NCBI GenBank assembly: GCA_039814715.1
Contig: JBCCAR010000003.1
Location: 99,393-163,392 of the forward strand
From: Pseudomonadota bacterium
GTDB lineage: Bacteria > Pseudomonadota > Alphaproteobacteria > Sphingomonadales > CAKZYD01
Reading direction: 5' to 3'
Length of the DNA stretch: 64,000 bases
Shown here: piece after piece, positions 52,298 to 61,676 of the stretch
How positions within the stretch are numbered: position 1 is the stretch's first letter
Layout of the letters: every line of letters begins with the position of its first letter
Translations under genes and position numbers: made by a program
The notes under the pieces: model-generated
Told to the model about the DNA's origin: nothing
Seen by the model: the letters and a program-made list of their open reading frames with translations, nothing else
Database searches by the model: none

Positions 52298-53440
52298 ATG
52301 ATGGCCATGGACCTTGATGTCCTACATGTTTTTCCCAGTTTTGCGCCGGGCGGTATCCAAATGCGGCTGAAGGCCATTACGGCTTCGCTTCCACAGACAT
52401 GGTCTCACACCGTCGTTGCTCTTGATGGCGACTATAGCGCATTTGATACGCCCGGATGGTCGTCTCGCGTCTCGCCCACGGCAGCCGCGCTCCCACAGGT
52501 CAGCGAGCGAGGGCTTGTTGGCCGTTTGCGCGCTATTGCGCAGTGGCTCCAGCGACAAAACCCCGACGTGCTCATCAGCAATAATTGGGGCGCCATAGAA
52601 TGGGGTGCTGCAACAAATTTCGTGCGCGGGCTTGGGCATATTCATACGGAAAGTGGATTTGGCTCAGATGAGGCCTTTACTCTCAATCCCAAACGCGGAT
52701 GGTTTCGCCGGATAGCCCTGCAGCGCAGCGACAGTATTCTGCTATGTTCGCAGACTCTGGTGAAAATTGCGCGCGAGCAATGGCGACTTCCCGAACACAA
52801 AACGCAGTTCCTTCCCGATGGGATCGATTTGCAGCGTTTTTGCGTAGACACTGCCACGCCAATGGACCTGAACTTAGAAAGTGGTCGCGTGGTCATTGGC
52901 TGCGTCGCACCACTGAGGGCGGAGAAAAATCTGACAGCCCTGCTTGAAGCGTTTGATCAGGCATGGCAGCGCAATCATTCTCTTTTCTTGGCTGTTGCTG
53001 GAGACGGTCCAGAGCAATCGATGCTTGAAGCTTATGCAGCGACATTGGCGTCAAGCGCTTCAATTCGGTTTTATGGCTTTCTTTCTCACATTGAGCGGTT
53101 TTTCAAAGCCATCGATCTCTGCGCACTCAGCTCGGATACAGAGCAGCTTCCAAATTCGGTCTTGCAGGGCATGGCAATGGGTTTGCCGATTGCTGCGTTC
53201 GCAGTGGGTGATATTCCGCTCATGACGGCACCGGAAAATAGGCCATATCTACCGCCGCGGCGCGATGTTGCTGGGCTGGCAGCTGCCTTTACTGCCCTCG
53301 CAAGTGACGCCCGTAAGCGCGACGAGGTTGGCGCTGCAAACAAAACGAAATGTGCATCGACCTATAGCCAGGCGCAAATGGCGCAGGCTTATAAAATCGT
53401 CATTGAGCATGCTTTGCGCCGGATGCGGTTGGCGGCATGA
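52298..53440 (+). CDS. Glycosyltransferase family 4 (GT-B, group 1)
   Basis: 380-aa ORF. The N-terminus (LHVFPSFAPGGIQ) and the C-terminal half (VAPLRAEKN...LAVAGDGPE...ALSSDTEQLPNSVLQGMAMGLPIAAFAVGD) are typical of GT4 enzymes. Its stop and start overlap the next GT gene (ATGA). Confidence 0.8.
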   Translation: MMAMDLDVLHVFPSFAPGGIQMRLKAITASLPQTWSHTVVALDGDYSAFDTPGWSSRVSPTAAALPQVSERGLVGRLRAIAQWLQRQNPDVLISNNWGAIEWGAATNFVRGLGHIHTESGFGSDEAFTLNPKRGWFRRIALQRSDSILLCSQTLVKIAREQWRLPEHKTQFLPDGIDLQRFCVDTATPMDLNLESGRVVIGCVAPLRAEKNLTALLEAFDQAWQRNHSLFLAVAGDGPEQSMLEAYAATLASSASIRFYGFLSHIERFFKAIDLCALSSDTEQLPNSVLQGMAMGLPIAAFAVGDIPLMTAPENRPYLPPRRDVAGLAAAFTALASDARKRDEVGAANKTKCASTYSQAQMAQAYKIVIEHALRRMRLAA

Positions 53441-54609
53441 AGGTCCTGTGTTTTTCAACGCTTTATCCGCATGCAGCTGTGCCGCAGCATGGTGTCTTCG
53501 TGGAGAATAGGCTTCGCCGTCTTGTGGAGACCGGGCAGGTGGAAGCGAAAGTCATTGCGCCTGTGCCTTGGTTTCCCTTCAAGCATTCTGCCTTTGGGCA
53601 ATATGCGATGCATGCAAAAGCGCCGAAGGTTGAAGTGCGCCACGGCATAGAGGTGCACCATCCGCGCTATACGGTGCTACCAAAGATTGGCATGAATATA
53701 ACGCCCACCACGCTTGCGCGGGCAGCAGTGCGCTGCGCCTTGGACGTTAAGGCGGGTGGCTTTGAGTGTGACTTGATTGATGCGCATTATTTTTATCCAG
53801 ATGGTGTGGCAGCCGCTGCTGTTGCCAAAGCGCTCGGTAAGCCATTCATGGTCACCGCGCGCGGCACGGACATAAACCTCATTCCGCAATACCCATATGC
53901 GCGGAAAAAGGTTCTGGGCGTTGCGCAATCGGCAGACGCTCTCGGCGCAGTCTGTCAGGCTTTGAGCGACGAAATGGTGTCCCTAGGCATGGATACATCA
54001 AAACTCCATGTTTTAAGAAATGGCGTCGACCTCGACTTATTCGCGCCCAAAGACCGGGATGCGAGCCGCCATGAATGGGGCGTTGATGGGCCAGTCCTGG
54101 TGTCGGTCGGGGGGCTCAATGAGCGCAAAGGGCATCACCTAACCATTGAAGCGATGCTCGGCCTGCCAGATTTTACGTTCCTCTTAGCCGGGGACGGTGA
54201 AAACCGCAGCAAGCTTGAAGCGCTCGCCAAAGGCCTCGGTGTGGCGGACAGAGTGCGTTTTCTCGGCCCCGTTGCCCAAGACAGGCTTGCCAGTCTGTTT
54301 AGTGCGGCTGATATCAGTATTTTGGCGTCCAGTAGGGAAGGGTGGGCCAATGTACTTTTAGAAGCCATGGCCTGCGGCACGCCCGTACTTGCAACGGATG
54401 TATGGGGAACGCCCGAAGTGGTCGCGGCGCCGGAGGCAGGGCGTCTATTAGAAGCGCGTAGTTCAGACGCCATTGTTAGAGGCGTTAACGCACTGTGGCC
54501 TGATTTGCCTGACCGGGGCGCGACACGTCACTATGCCGAGCAGTTTTCCTGGGCTGAAACAACCCAAAGACAGATAGATATCTTCTCCTCCATATTAGGA
54601 AACTCTTAA
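53437..54609 (+). CDS. Glycosyltransferase family 4
   Basis: 390-aa ORF. MKVLCFSTLYPHAAVPQHGVFVENRL is a common N-terminus of EPS-locus GT4 enzymes. It has the C-terminal E-x7-E region (ILASSREGWANVLLEAMACGTPVLATDVWGTPEVV). Confidence 0.85.
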   Translation: MKVLCFSTLYPHAAVPQHGVFVENRLRRLVETGQVEAKVIAPVPWFPFKHSAFGQYAMHAKAPKVEVRHGIEVHHPRYTVLPKIGMNITPTTLARAAVRCALDVKAGGFECDLIDAHYFYPDGVAAAAVAKALGKPFMVTARGTDINLIPQYPYARKKVLGVAQSADALGAVCQALSDEMVSLGMDTSKLHVLRNGVDLDLFAPKDRDASRHEWGVDGPVLVSVGGLNERKGHHLTIEAMLGLPDFTFLLAGDGENRSKLEALAKGLGVADRVRFLGPVAQDRLASLFSAADISILASSREGWANVLLEAMACGTPVLATDVWGTPEVVAAPEAGRLLEARSSDAIVRGVNALWPDLPDRGATRHYAEQFSWAETTQRQIDIFSSILGNS

Positions 54610-54652
54610 GATGGGCGCGCTACTTTTTGCATCGCCCGGTCCGGGACTTTAT

Positions 54653-54728
54653 AGGCGCGTAGCTCAGTGGTAGAGCGTCACCACTACATGGTGAAAGTCG
54701 ACGGTTCGATTCCGCTCCGCGCCTACCA
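54653..54728 (+). tRNA. tRNA-Val(UAC)-like gene with atypical features (possibly a pseudogene)
   Basis: The 76-nt cloverleaf was folded by hand.
- Acceptor stem AGGCGCG/CGCGCCT (7 of 7 pairs), with U8 and A9.
- D arm GCTC-AGTGGTA-GAGC.
- Anticodon arm TCACC-ACTACAT-GGTGA, giving anticodon TAC with A37.
- Variable loop AAGTC.
- T arm GACGG-TTCGATT-CCG(C)TC, then A73 and an encoded CCA.

Anomalies: position 33 is C rather than the universal U, the 3' strand of the T stem has one extra C, and the first pair is A1-U72. Confidence 0.6.
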
Positions 54729-54761
54729 ACCTTCCCCTTTAAGAAGTGGCGGGTAGCGGGC

Positions 54762-56060
54762 ATGGATATCCTCTTCATTGCGCCAGCATTTCAGCCCTAT
54801 TGTGCCGTCGCTGCCACCCGGCCAGCAGCTTGCGCGCGGTATCTCATCTCTCAAGGCCACAGTGTGCGCATTTTAGCCGCGCGCAATACCCGCTATAGAC
54901 CGATGACGGACCCCGGCATCGATCCAAGCCTCATTACTTATGTCGATATGTGGCACCCGCAGGACGTGGCGGCAAAGCTGATGCGGCCATTTAAAAGACG
55001 CCGAAAGTCTGACGTGCAAACCTCTGGCCGCAGTGTGGGCGGCAGCCCGGCGCCAATTCCCAAAGTCTCGCCGCTCAAAGCTGCATTTTATGATGCCTTT
55101 GATTATACGTTTAACTATCCCGACAGCTATATGGGCTGGATTAAAAACGCCAAACGAGCCGGCGCCGGCCTCATCAATGACCGCCGGCCGGATGTGATTT
55201 TCTCAAGCGGGCCGCCGCACAGCGCGAACGTGGTGGCCGCCGCGCTTACTGAGCAATTTGATGTGCCCTGGGTCGCAGAATATAGGGACCTGTGGATGGA
55301 CCACCCCTACCATGTTCCCGGCGCTATTCGGCGCTTTTTCGAAGAGCGGTTGGAGATGCGGACCGTCTCTAAGGCGAATGCGCTGGTCGCTGTCAGTGAG
55401 GATGCCTGCGCAAATATGCGCGCGCGTTTCCACAAAGAGTGCACGCTGTCCTACAATGGCTTCGATCCTGCCTTGTTTGATAAAACAGCCACGCCCCAGC
55501 CGCTGGACCCGAAGAAACTGACAATCGTTTACGCTGGCTCGTTTTATGTCAGAACACGCACGCCAGAGCCGCTCTTTGCCGCGCTGAAGGCGCTGAATGC
55601 CTCGCCAGATGAGATCGAGGTGCGTTGTTATTCAAGCACGGCAGGTATTGTGCGTTCACTTGCGGAAAGCTACGGCCTGGAGGCGTTTGTCAAGGTCTTC
55701 CCGTCCATTCCAAACGAAGAGGTTCTGGCCATCCAGCGCCAAGCGGATGTACTGCTCCTGATGCGCTGGGACGATCCGCGTGAAGAGGGGGTGATCCCCG
55801 GCAAGGTGTTTGAGTATATAGGGGCGGATCGGCCAATCCTTTCCATCGGACGGACGACCGGTGAGGTCGCCGCGCTATTGGAAGGGCGGGCCGATACACA
55901 GCTCGTATCTGATACAAACGAGATTTGCCGCGTATTACGGACCTGGCTTGAGCAGCGCAAAAGTGGCCGCCTGCCCGATGTTGGTTGGGACAAGCGCGAC
56001 ATCTTCACGCGCGCGCGGCAATTTGAAAAAGTAGAGCGCGCGCTTTTAAGTGTTGTCTGA
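54762..56060 (+). CDS. Glycosyltransferase (GT-B fold, GT4-like)
   Basis: 432-aa ORF. It has the N-terminus MDILFIAPAFQP and a C-terminal nucleotide-sugar binding region (EGVIPGKVFEYIGADRPILSIG). It sits inside an EPS gene cluster. Confidence 0.7.
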   Translation: MDILFIAPAFQPYCAVAATRPAACARYLISQGHSVRILAARNTRYRPMTDPGIDPSLITYVDMWHPQDVAAKLMRPFKRRRKSDVQTSGRSVGGSPAPIPKVSPLKAAFYDAFDYTFNYPDSYMGWIKNAKRAGAGLINDRRPDVIFSSGPPHSANVVAAALTEQFDVPWVAEYRDLWMDHPYHVPGAIRRFFEERLEMRTVSKANALVAVSEDACANMRARFHKECTLSYNGFDPALFDKTATPQPLDPKKLTIVYAGSFYVRTRTPEPLFAALKALNASPDEIEVRCYSSTAGIVRSLAESYGLEAFVKVFPSIPNEEVLAIQRQADVLLLMRWDDPREEGVIPGKVFEYIGADRPILSIGRTTGEVAALLEGRADTQLVSDTNEICRVLRTWLEQRKSGRLPDVGWDKRDIFTRARQFEKVERALLSVV

Positions 56061-57140
56061 GGCGAAGCGAATAGCTTCGGGTCTATTTTGATCAGCCAGA
56101 TGTTGGCGCAAGGCTTTGACATTTTGAGATTGGCTCTTTGGCAAGACCGTCACCACATCGCCAGAAGAAATGATCACTTGTCCATCCAACCCCGTCATTG
56201 TGATCGCAGGACCATCGCAAAAGGCTAAGCAATCGCGGCAATCAAGCAATGTGACATCGCCAATGGTTGCATTTCCGCTTGCGTCTTTCGGCAAGACCTC
56301 CCAAAGGCCTTCAAATGATCCAACGTCCGACCAGCCTATGTCGCAAGGAACGACGGCGCCGGTGCTGATCTTCTCCATGATGGCATAGTCAAACGAGATC
56401 GCTGGCGCTTTTTGAAATGCCTTGCGCTCTGGCATGATGGAATTGCCGCGCGTATCGCTTGCTTTCAGCGCTGCTTCGCATGCCGCCAGGCAGTCGGGTG
56501 CGTGCGCTTTAAAGGCGCGTGCTGCTGCGCTGGCCTTAAATAAAAACATGCCCGCGTTCCAAACAAAGTTTCCGGCGGCGATATATTGCTTCGCTGTTCT
56601 CTCATCTGGTTTCTCAACAAAGCGACTGAGTGCATTGACATTGTTAAGTTCAGGTAGATCGTTGCCCATCTCAATATAGCCAAAACCGGTTTCTGGCTTG
56701 TGGGGCGAGATGCCAAATGTGATGAGCCGTTGATCGTCTGCCGCTGCTGAGGCTTGTTTGACTGCCTTCACAAAGGCTGCTTCATCTTCAATGACATGAT
56801 CGGATGGAAGGACGATGAGGGCGGCGCCGGGATCCTGTTCCAGCGCAAATGCGACGGCGAGGGCAATGGCGGGCGCGGTGTTGCGTGCTTCGGGTTCGAG
56901 CACGATGTCAGCCGTCATGCTGATTTGACTTAGCTGTTCCTTTATGAGGGCTTCATGATGGACATTCCCAAGGACAATGGGCTGCGCGAAATCGTCGCCG
57001 GAAACACGTTTCAAAGTCTGCTGCATTAGCGTTTGGCCAGCGCCGAGCAAGTCTAGCATCTGTTTGGGTTTACTCTGGCGCGAAAGCGGCCATAGACGTG
57101 TGCCGGCGCCGCCTGACAACACAACGGGAATGAGTTTCAT
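56046..57140 (-). CDS. manC: Mannose-1-phosphate guanylyltransferase (GDP-mannose pyrophosphorylase), no PMI/cupin domain
   Basis: 364-aa ORF. It has the N-terminal nucleotidyltransferase signature PVVLSGGAGTRLWPLSRQSKPKQ and FGYIE/FVEKPD motifs (TGFGYIEMG; RFVEKPDERTAKQYI). Confidence 0.88.
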   Translation of the reverse strand: MKLIPVVLSGGAGTRLWPLSRQSKPKQMLDLLGAGQTLMQQTLKRVSGDDFAQPIVLGNVHHEALIKEQLSQISMTADIVLEPEARNTAPAIALAVAFALEQDPGAALIVLPSDHVIEDEAAFVKAVKQASAAADDQRLITFGISPHKPETGFGYIEMGNDLPELNNVNALSRFVEKPDERTAKQYIAAGNFVWNAGMFLFKASAAARAFKAHAPDCLAACEAALKASDTRGNSIMPERKAFQKAPAISFDYAIMEKISTGAVVPCDIGWSDVGSFEGLWEVLPKDASGNATIGDVTLLDCRDCLAFCDGPAITMTGLDGQVIISSGDVVTVLPKSQSQNVKALRQHLADQNRPEAIRFASDNT

Positions 57141-57167
57141 GCGATTGGCCCTACTACTATTCTGAGA

Positions 57168-57353
57168 CTAATTAGGCTTCGGCAGAAGTTCTAAAGTCTC
57201 TTTTCGTGTCTCAATCTCGGCTAAGACGTCGCTGCGTTCTGCTGTAGACAAGCTTCCCCATTTCGCAATCTCGGGCAGGCTACGATAGCAGCCGTAACAG
57301 AGCTTTGTTTCCGGATCGATAACGCATACTTGAATGCACGGGCTATTGCTCAC
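57168..57353 (-). CDS. DUF1289 family small Cys-rich protein
   Basis: 61-aa ORF. SPCIQVCVIDPETKLCYGCYRSLPEIAKW is the DUF1289 CxxxC...CxxC pattern. Confidence 0.75.
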   Translation of the reverse strand: MSNSPCIQVCVIDPETKLCYGCYRSLPEIAKWGSLSTAERSDVLAEIETRKETLELLPKPN

Positions 57354-57417
57354 GGACGGATATCTCTCTGCGATGCTCTTGACGGCGCGGTACCGCGCGG
57401 TTTGAATGGAAGTGGCG

Positions 57418-58434
57418 TCACCCTTTTAAAATTGCAAGGGAATACCAGTCATCGTCAGTGGAAATGAGCGCTTGGAGCTCGTAACCGGCGGACTTGGCTA
57501 GTTTTTCAACGCTTGATGGTGTGAACTTTCGCGAGATTTCCACGAGAAAGCGTTGTCCTTTTTCTAAAGAGATCGAGTGGCCAGCGACCGACGTTACATG
57601 CGCGCGCTCAACGATCCACCACATTTCAATAGCCTGAGTTTCTTCATTGAACACGGCATCATATCGGATGGCATTTTTATCAATTTTTCCAGCCATTTCG
57701 CGGTTTATTCTATCAATCAAATTGAGCGAAAAATTAGCGCTGGCCCCAGCACTATCTAAATACGCGTCAACCAAGACCTCTGTTGGTTTCACGCGGTCCA
57801 CCGCCAACACGAAGACGCTGCTTGACCCCAGTGCCCGGCGCGCGCCTGAAAGAAGTGTGGATGCTTTGTCGGGCGGCATGTTGCCAATCGTGGAGCCTGG
57901 AAAAAATCCTATATTCTGGCTCACCGCGTGGCCAAGCGGAGCACTTGGAATGTCAATGCTTTGGAAGAAATCGGCACAAATGGCGCTAAAAATCCTGTCA
58001 GGAAAATCACCTGCAAGCAGCCGTGCATTCTCCATCAAATGTGATTTTGAGATGTCTATTGGAACATGGGCACGGATTTGCGGGCATGATTTGAGAAGCT
58101 GCGCAATTTTTCGGCGGTTGCCTGATCCATATTCGACAATCTGGCTATTGGCCGGCGCAGTATTAGCCAAATAGCGCGCCAGTTGCGGTAAAATCTCTTC
58201 TTCTTTCTGCGTCAAATAATATTCCGGCGTGGCGCATATGGTTTCAAATAGGGCTGCGCCGCGTGTGTCGTATAAAAGCCGTGCTGGCGGGGTAAGGCTG
58301 TTGCCCGTTAGCCATTCCACGATCGCGGTTTCGTTGTCGCTTAGTGCAGGTTCATAGTCGAAAACTTGTAAATTTGCCGGTTGATTATCTTCATCTAATT
58401 CAGGCGTAAGCGTATGGTGGCTATGCAGCGACAT
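57418..58434 (-). CDS. egtD: EgtD-family SAM-dependent methyltransferase (L-histidine N-alpha-methyltransferase-like)
   Basis: 338-aa ORF. Four segments align in order with Mycobacterium EgtD as I recall it: LLYDTRGAALFETICATPEYYLTQKEEEIL, VEYGSGNRRK, FFPGSTIGNM and AIEMWW. Confidence 0.7.
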   Translation of the reverse strand: MSLHSHHTLTPELDEDNQPANLQVFDYEPALSDNETAIVEWLTGNSLTPPARLLYDTRGAALFETICATPEYYLTQKEEEILPQLARYLANTAPANSQIVEYGSGNRRKIAQLLKSCPQIRAHVPIDISKSHLMENARLLAGDFPDRIFSAICADFFQSIDIPSAPLGHAVSQNIGFFPGSTIGNMPPDKASTLLSGARRALGSSSVFVLAVDRVKPTEVLVDAYLDSAGASANFSLNLIDRINREMAGKIDKNAIRYDAVFNEETQAIEMWWIVERAHVTSVAGHSISLEKGQRFLVEISRKFTPSSVEKLAKSAGYELQALISTDDDWYSLAILKG

Positions 58435-58697
58435 TCAAAAACTCATTGGTTTGGAAAGGGTGGAGAAAGGCAGTGTGTAAACCTTCTGAGGGCGCGCGCC
58501 AACTGCATTAGCATCAATTCAAACATTGTCTCACAATTGGCTCTTGTAATTGACCGCCTCAGATATCTTCATGGTTCCTTAGTATAATTCGTTGATTTTG
58601 CGTGTTTAAATGAAACAAGTTCGCACCTTTTTCAAAGGTCCATTGAGGCCCTAGCTAAAGCGGGAATGCGACAAGATGGTGAAATCAAACGGGCGAT

Positions 58698-59474
58698 ATG
58701 TCAGAGACCCAAGTGGCACAAGGAGATAGCGTTCGCGAGGCCTCCGGGGAGCGCTACGCTGCAGCCGCGGAGTTTTATCGTAGTCTTTTTGATGTACGGC
58801 TGGCGCGTAGCGATGAAGACGTTCACACATCCCAGGCGCTACGGTACCGCGTTTATTGTGAAGAGACAGGCTATCTACCCAAGGACGACAATCCCGCTGG
58901 GCTAGAGCATGACAGCTTTGATGCTCAAAGCGAGGCGGTGCTGCTGATCCACAAAGCGACAGGCGCGTGCGTTGGCACGGTCCGGGTCATCATTCCGGAT
59001 GACAGTGCGCCGGGCCGGCTATTCCCAGCCATGGATTGTTCTGAGGCCATGCTGTCACTTGTAGATAAGGATATGCCGCTGGCGACGACTGGCGAACTAT
59101 CACGTTTTACCATTGCGCCTGAGTTTCGCCGCCGGGCAGGAGACACCTTATATCAGCAGGTTTACGATTTTGGGATTGAGGCTGGCGACATGCGCCGGAT
59201 TATTCCGTATATGGCACTCGGTCTTTTTGCCGGAATTATGGAAATTGTGACGCTCCACACTCTAAGCCACTTATGCGCGATAATTGATCCCGCATTGCTG
59301 CGCATGTTAAAACGGCTGCATTTGCATTTTCCGCCGGTGGGCGGCGTGGTGGAGTATCACGGCATGCGCCAGCCAGTATTTGTTTCTACTAGAGCGCTTT
59401 ATGATGGTATGACCGCGTTACCGGATGCTTATCTGCGTATCGTCAATCGTGATGGCCAGCTGCAGCTTCCTTAA
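58698..59474 (+). CDS. N-acyl amino acid synthase, PEP-CTERM/exosortase-associated type (GNAT/LuxI-like)
   Basis: 258-aa ORF. LRYRVYCEETGYLPKDD...HDSFD...VGTVRVI...GELSRFTIAPEFRRR fits the layout of the TIGR03694 family as I recall it. It sits in a locus with the PEP-CTERM-type priming sugar transferase. Confidence 0.6.
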   Translation: MSETQVAQGDSVREASGERYAAAAEFYRSLFDVRLARSDEDVHTSQALRYRVYCEETGYLPKDDNPAGLEHDSFDAQSEAVLLIHKATGACVGTVRVIIPDDSAPGRLFPAMDCSEAMLSLVDKDMPLATTGELSRFTIAPEFRRRAGDTLYQQVYDFGIEAGDMRRIIPYMALGLFAGIMEIVTLHTLSHLCAIIDPALLRMLKRLHLHFPPVGGVVEYHGMRQPVFVSTRALYDGMTALPDAYLRIVNRDGQLQLP

Positions 59475-59492
59475 TCCAACTGGCAGCGTGTC

Positions 59493-61550
59493 ATGACAAA
59501 GCCTGATCCCTTGTTTGACTACAACACCGCTTTTTCCCGCAACATCGGCTGGCTCACAGCCTATGAACAGCAACGTATTCGCGGCGCTAAGATTGCTGTC
59601 GCTGGCGCTGGCGGGGTCGGCGGTATCCATTTGCAAACACTCGCCCGGCTCGGCTTTGCGCGCTTTCATGTGGCTGATTTAGATACGTTTGAACTTGCAA
59701 ACTTTAATCGGCAGGCTGGCGCACGATTGGATACGCTGGGTCTGCCAAAGGCTGAGGTGGCCAAAGAGCTGGTCACGTCTATCAATCCTGAGGCCGATAT
59801 TTCGGTTTTTCCAAACGGCGTAACTGAAGACAATTTGGAGGACTTTCTAGACGGCGTTGATGTCTATATCGATGGACTCGATTTCTTCGTCCTCGATCTG
59901 CGCGCAAAACTGTTCAAACTGGCCCGCGAAAAAGGCATCACTGCCATAACGGCCGCCCCCATCGGTATGGGTGCTGGCTATCTCATATTTACGCCTGATA
60001 GCATGTCGTTTGATCGTTTCTTTGCTCTTGGCGACAACGCAGATACGTTTGAGGGAGCAGCTGGCTTTCTCTTGGGTCTAACGCCTGCGATGTTGCAACG
60101 ACCATATTTGGCTGACCCTTCTCAGGTCGACCTCGTTGGCCAGCGCGGGCCAAGCACGGCGATTGCTTGCCAGCTGTGTGCAGGCGTGGCGGCGGCTGAG
60201 GCCGTGAAAGTGGTTTTAAGGCGCGGCCCCATCAAGCCAGCGCCATATTATCATCATTTCGATGCTTATCGCGGGCGGTTTGTAACGCGTAAACTACTGG
60301 GCGGCGCCAAAAACCCCCTTCACCGATTGAAGCGAGGGTTCGTCACTGGCTTGACGAAGCGCTTTTCAAAATCTGCCCGCCCACCGGACGTTGACGCCGC
60401 TCCCAGCGATACGATCGTTGAACGTATTTTAGAGGCTGCCCGCTGGGCGCCCAGCGCGGATAATACCCAGCCTTGGACGTTTGAAGTACAAAGTGACAGC
60501 GCGTTCTCAATCCATGTGAGCTGGGATGAAGAGCATATCTACGAGTATCGCCGCGGTGAACCGACGCGCTTTGCCTGCGGGATGCTGCTGGAAAATCTCA
60601 AGATGCGGGCCGCGCGATATGGCTATAGGCTTGATTGGTCCCTTGACGAGATAAGCGCAGGGCAGGCGAGCGTTCATTGTACCCTGGCTCAAGATGACGC
60701 CCCTGAGCTCAGCGCGCTGGAGACGATGATCGAAGCGCGTTCTACAAACAGAGGGCTGCTATCGCTCAAAGCTCTTGATGGGGATGTGCGCTTGCGGTTG
60801 GAGCGGGCGGTAGGACCAGACTACCAAGTGCATTGGCACACAGGACTGTCGCACCGCTGGACCCACGCGCTGCTCAATGCGCGCGCCGCCGCCGTTCGCT
60901 TGCGCACGCCAGAGACAATTCCAGTCCATCAACAGATTGTGCGCTTTGATACACCTTTTCCTCGCTGGGGCCTGCCTTCGCGCGGTTTAGGGCTTAGTGC
61001 ACTCGCACACACCATTATGAGATTTGCATTTCGATCAAAGAAGCGCTCTGAGTGGCTGCTTGGGAGGTTAGGCGGTGCTTTTTATGCCGCGCTGGAGATG
61101 GATGTCCTTCCGGGCCTGGCATGCGGCGCTCACTTTTCTTTAGAAAAGCGCGGCGAAACACGAGAGGCGGATCGCGGCGGGGATCTTACCCAAGACCTGT
61201 TGCATGGTGCGGCCATTCAGCGATTTTGGCTGGCCTGTACTGCGGAAGGTTTGGCCTTCCAGCCGGCCTGCGCGCCGCTATGTTTCTATCATTATGGCCA
61301 GGCCGGTATTTCGTTCAGTGAAAGAAAGGGGTTGCAGCGCGCGGCGAAACGGTTCTCAAAGCGTTTTTCCCGTATTTATGGCGAGAATGCTGAAGCAATT
61401 TTGTTTAGAGGACGGGTAGGCTTTGCGCCGCGTAAAGGGGGAGAGCCACGGTCACTGAGGCAGCCATTGGCCGACTTAGTCCATCAGACACCGCAAAGTT
61501 CTACCGACGAAGAGACACAATCAGCGCCTATCTTAGCGAAAACCGCCTAG
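59493..61550 (+). CDS. ThiF/E1-like adenylyltransferase fused to a nitroreductase-like domain
   Basis: 685-aa ORF. The N-terminal ~270 aa carry a Rossmann loop (KIAVAGAGGVGGIHLQTLARLG) and the E1 motif (VADLDTFELANFNRQ). The C-terminal part starts with ILEAARWAPSADNTQPWTFEV, a nitroreductase/SagB-like signature. It begins 19 nt after the NAS gene. Confidence 0.7.
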   Translation: MTKPDPLFDYNTAFSRNIGWLTAYEQQRIRGAKIAVAGAGGVGGIHLQTLARLGFARFHVADLDTFELANFNRQAGARLDTLGLPKAEVAKELVTSINPEADISVFPNGVTEDNLEDFLDGVDVYIDGLDFFVLDLRAKLFKLAREKGITAITAAPIGMGAGYLIFTPDSMSFDRFFALGDNADTFEGAAGFLLGLTPAMLQRPYLADPSQVDLVGQRGPSTAIACQLCAGVAAAEAVKVVLRRGPIKPAPYYHHFDAYRGRFVTRKLLGGAKNPLHRLKRGFVTGLTKRFSKSARPPDVDAAPSDTIVERILEAARWAPSADNTQPWTFEVQSDSAFSIHVSWDEEHIYEYRRGEPTRFACGMLLENLKMRAARYGYRLDWSLDEISAGQASVHCTLAQDDAPELSALETMIEARSTNRGLLSLKALDGDVRLRLERAVGPDYQVHWHTGLSHRWTHALLNARAAAVRLRTPETIPVHQQIVRFDTPFPRWGLPSRGLGLSALAHTIMRFAFRSKKRSEWLLGRLGGAFYAALEMDVLPGLACGAHFSLEKRGETREADRGGDLTQDLLHGAAIQRFWLACTAEGLAFQPACAPLCFYHYGQAGISFSERKGLQRAAKRFSKRFSRIYGENAEAILFRGRVGFAPRKGGEPRSLRQPLADLVHQTPQSSTDEETQSAPILAKTA

Positions 61551-61676
61551 TTGCTGGGCGGTCTAAATTTCTAATTTTTGTGATTTAATAACCATTTTGA
61601 GGTCAAAACAGTGTGCGCTTGTCTCAATTTAGGACGCCAGTGCGGGAGAGCAGCCTAGCTGCAGGTTTAGGGGCGA

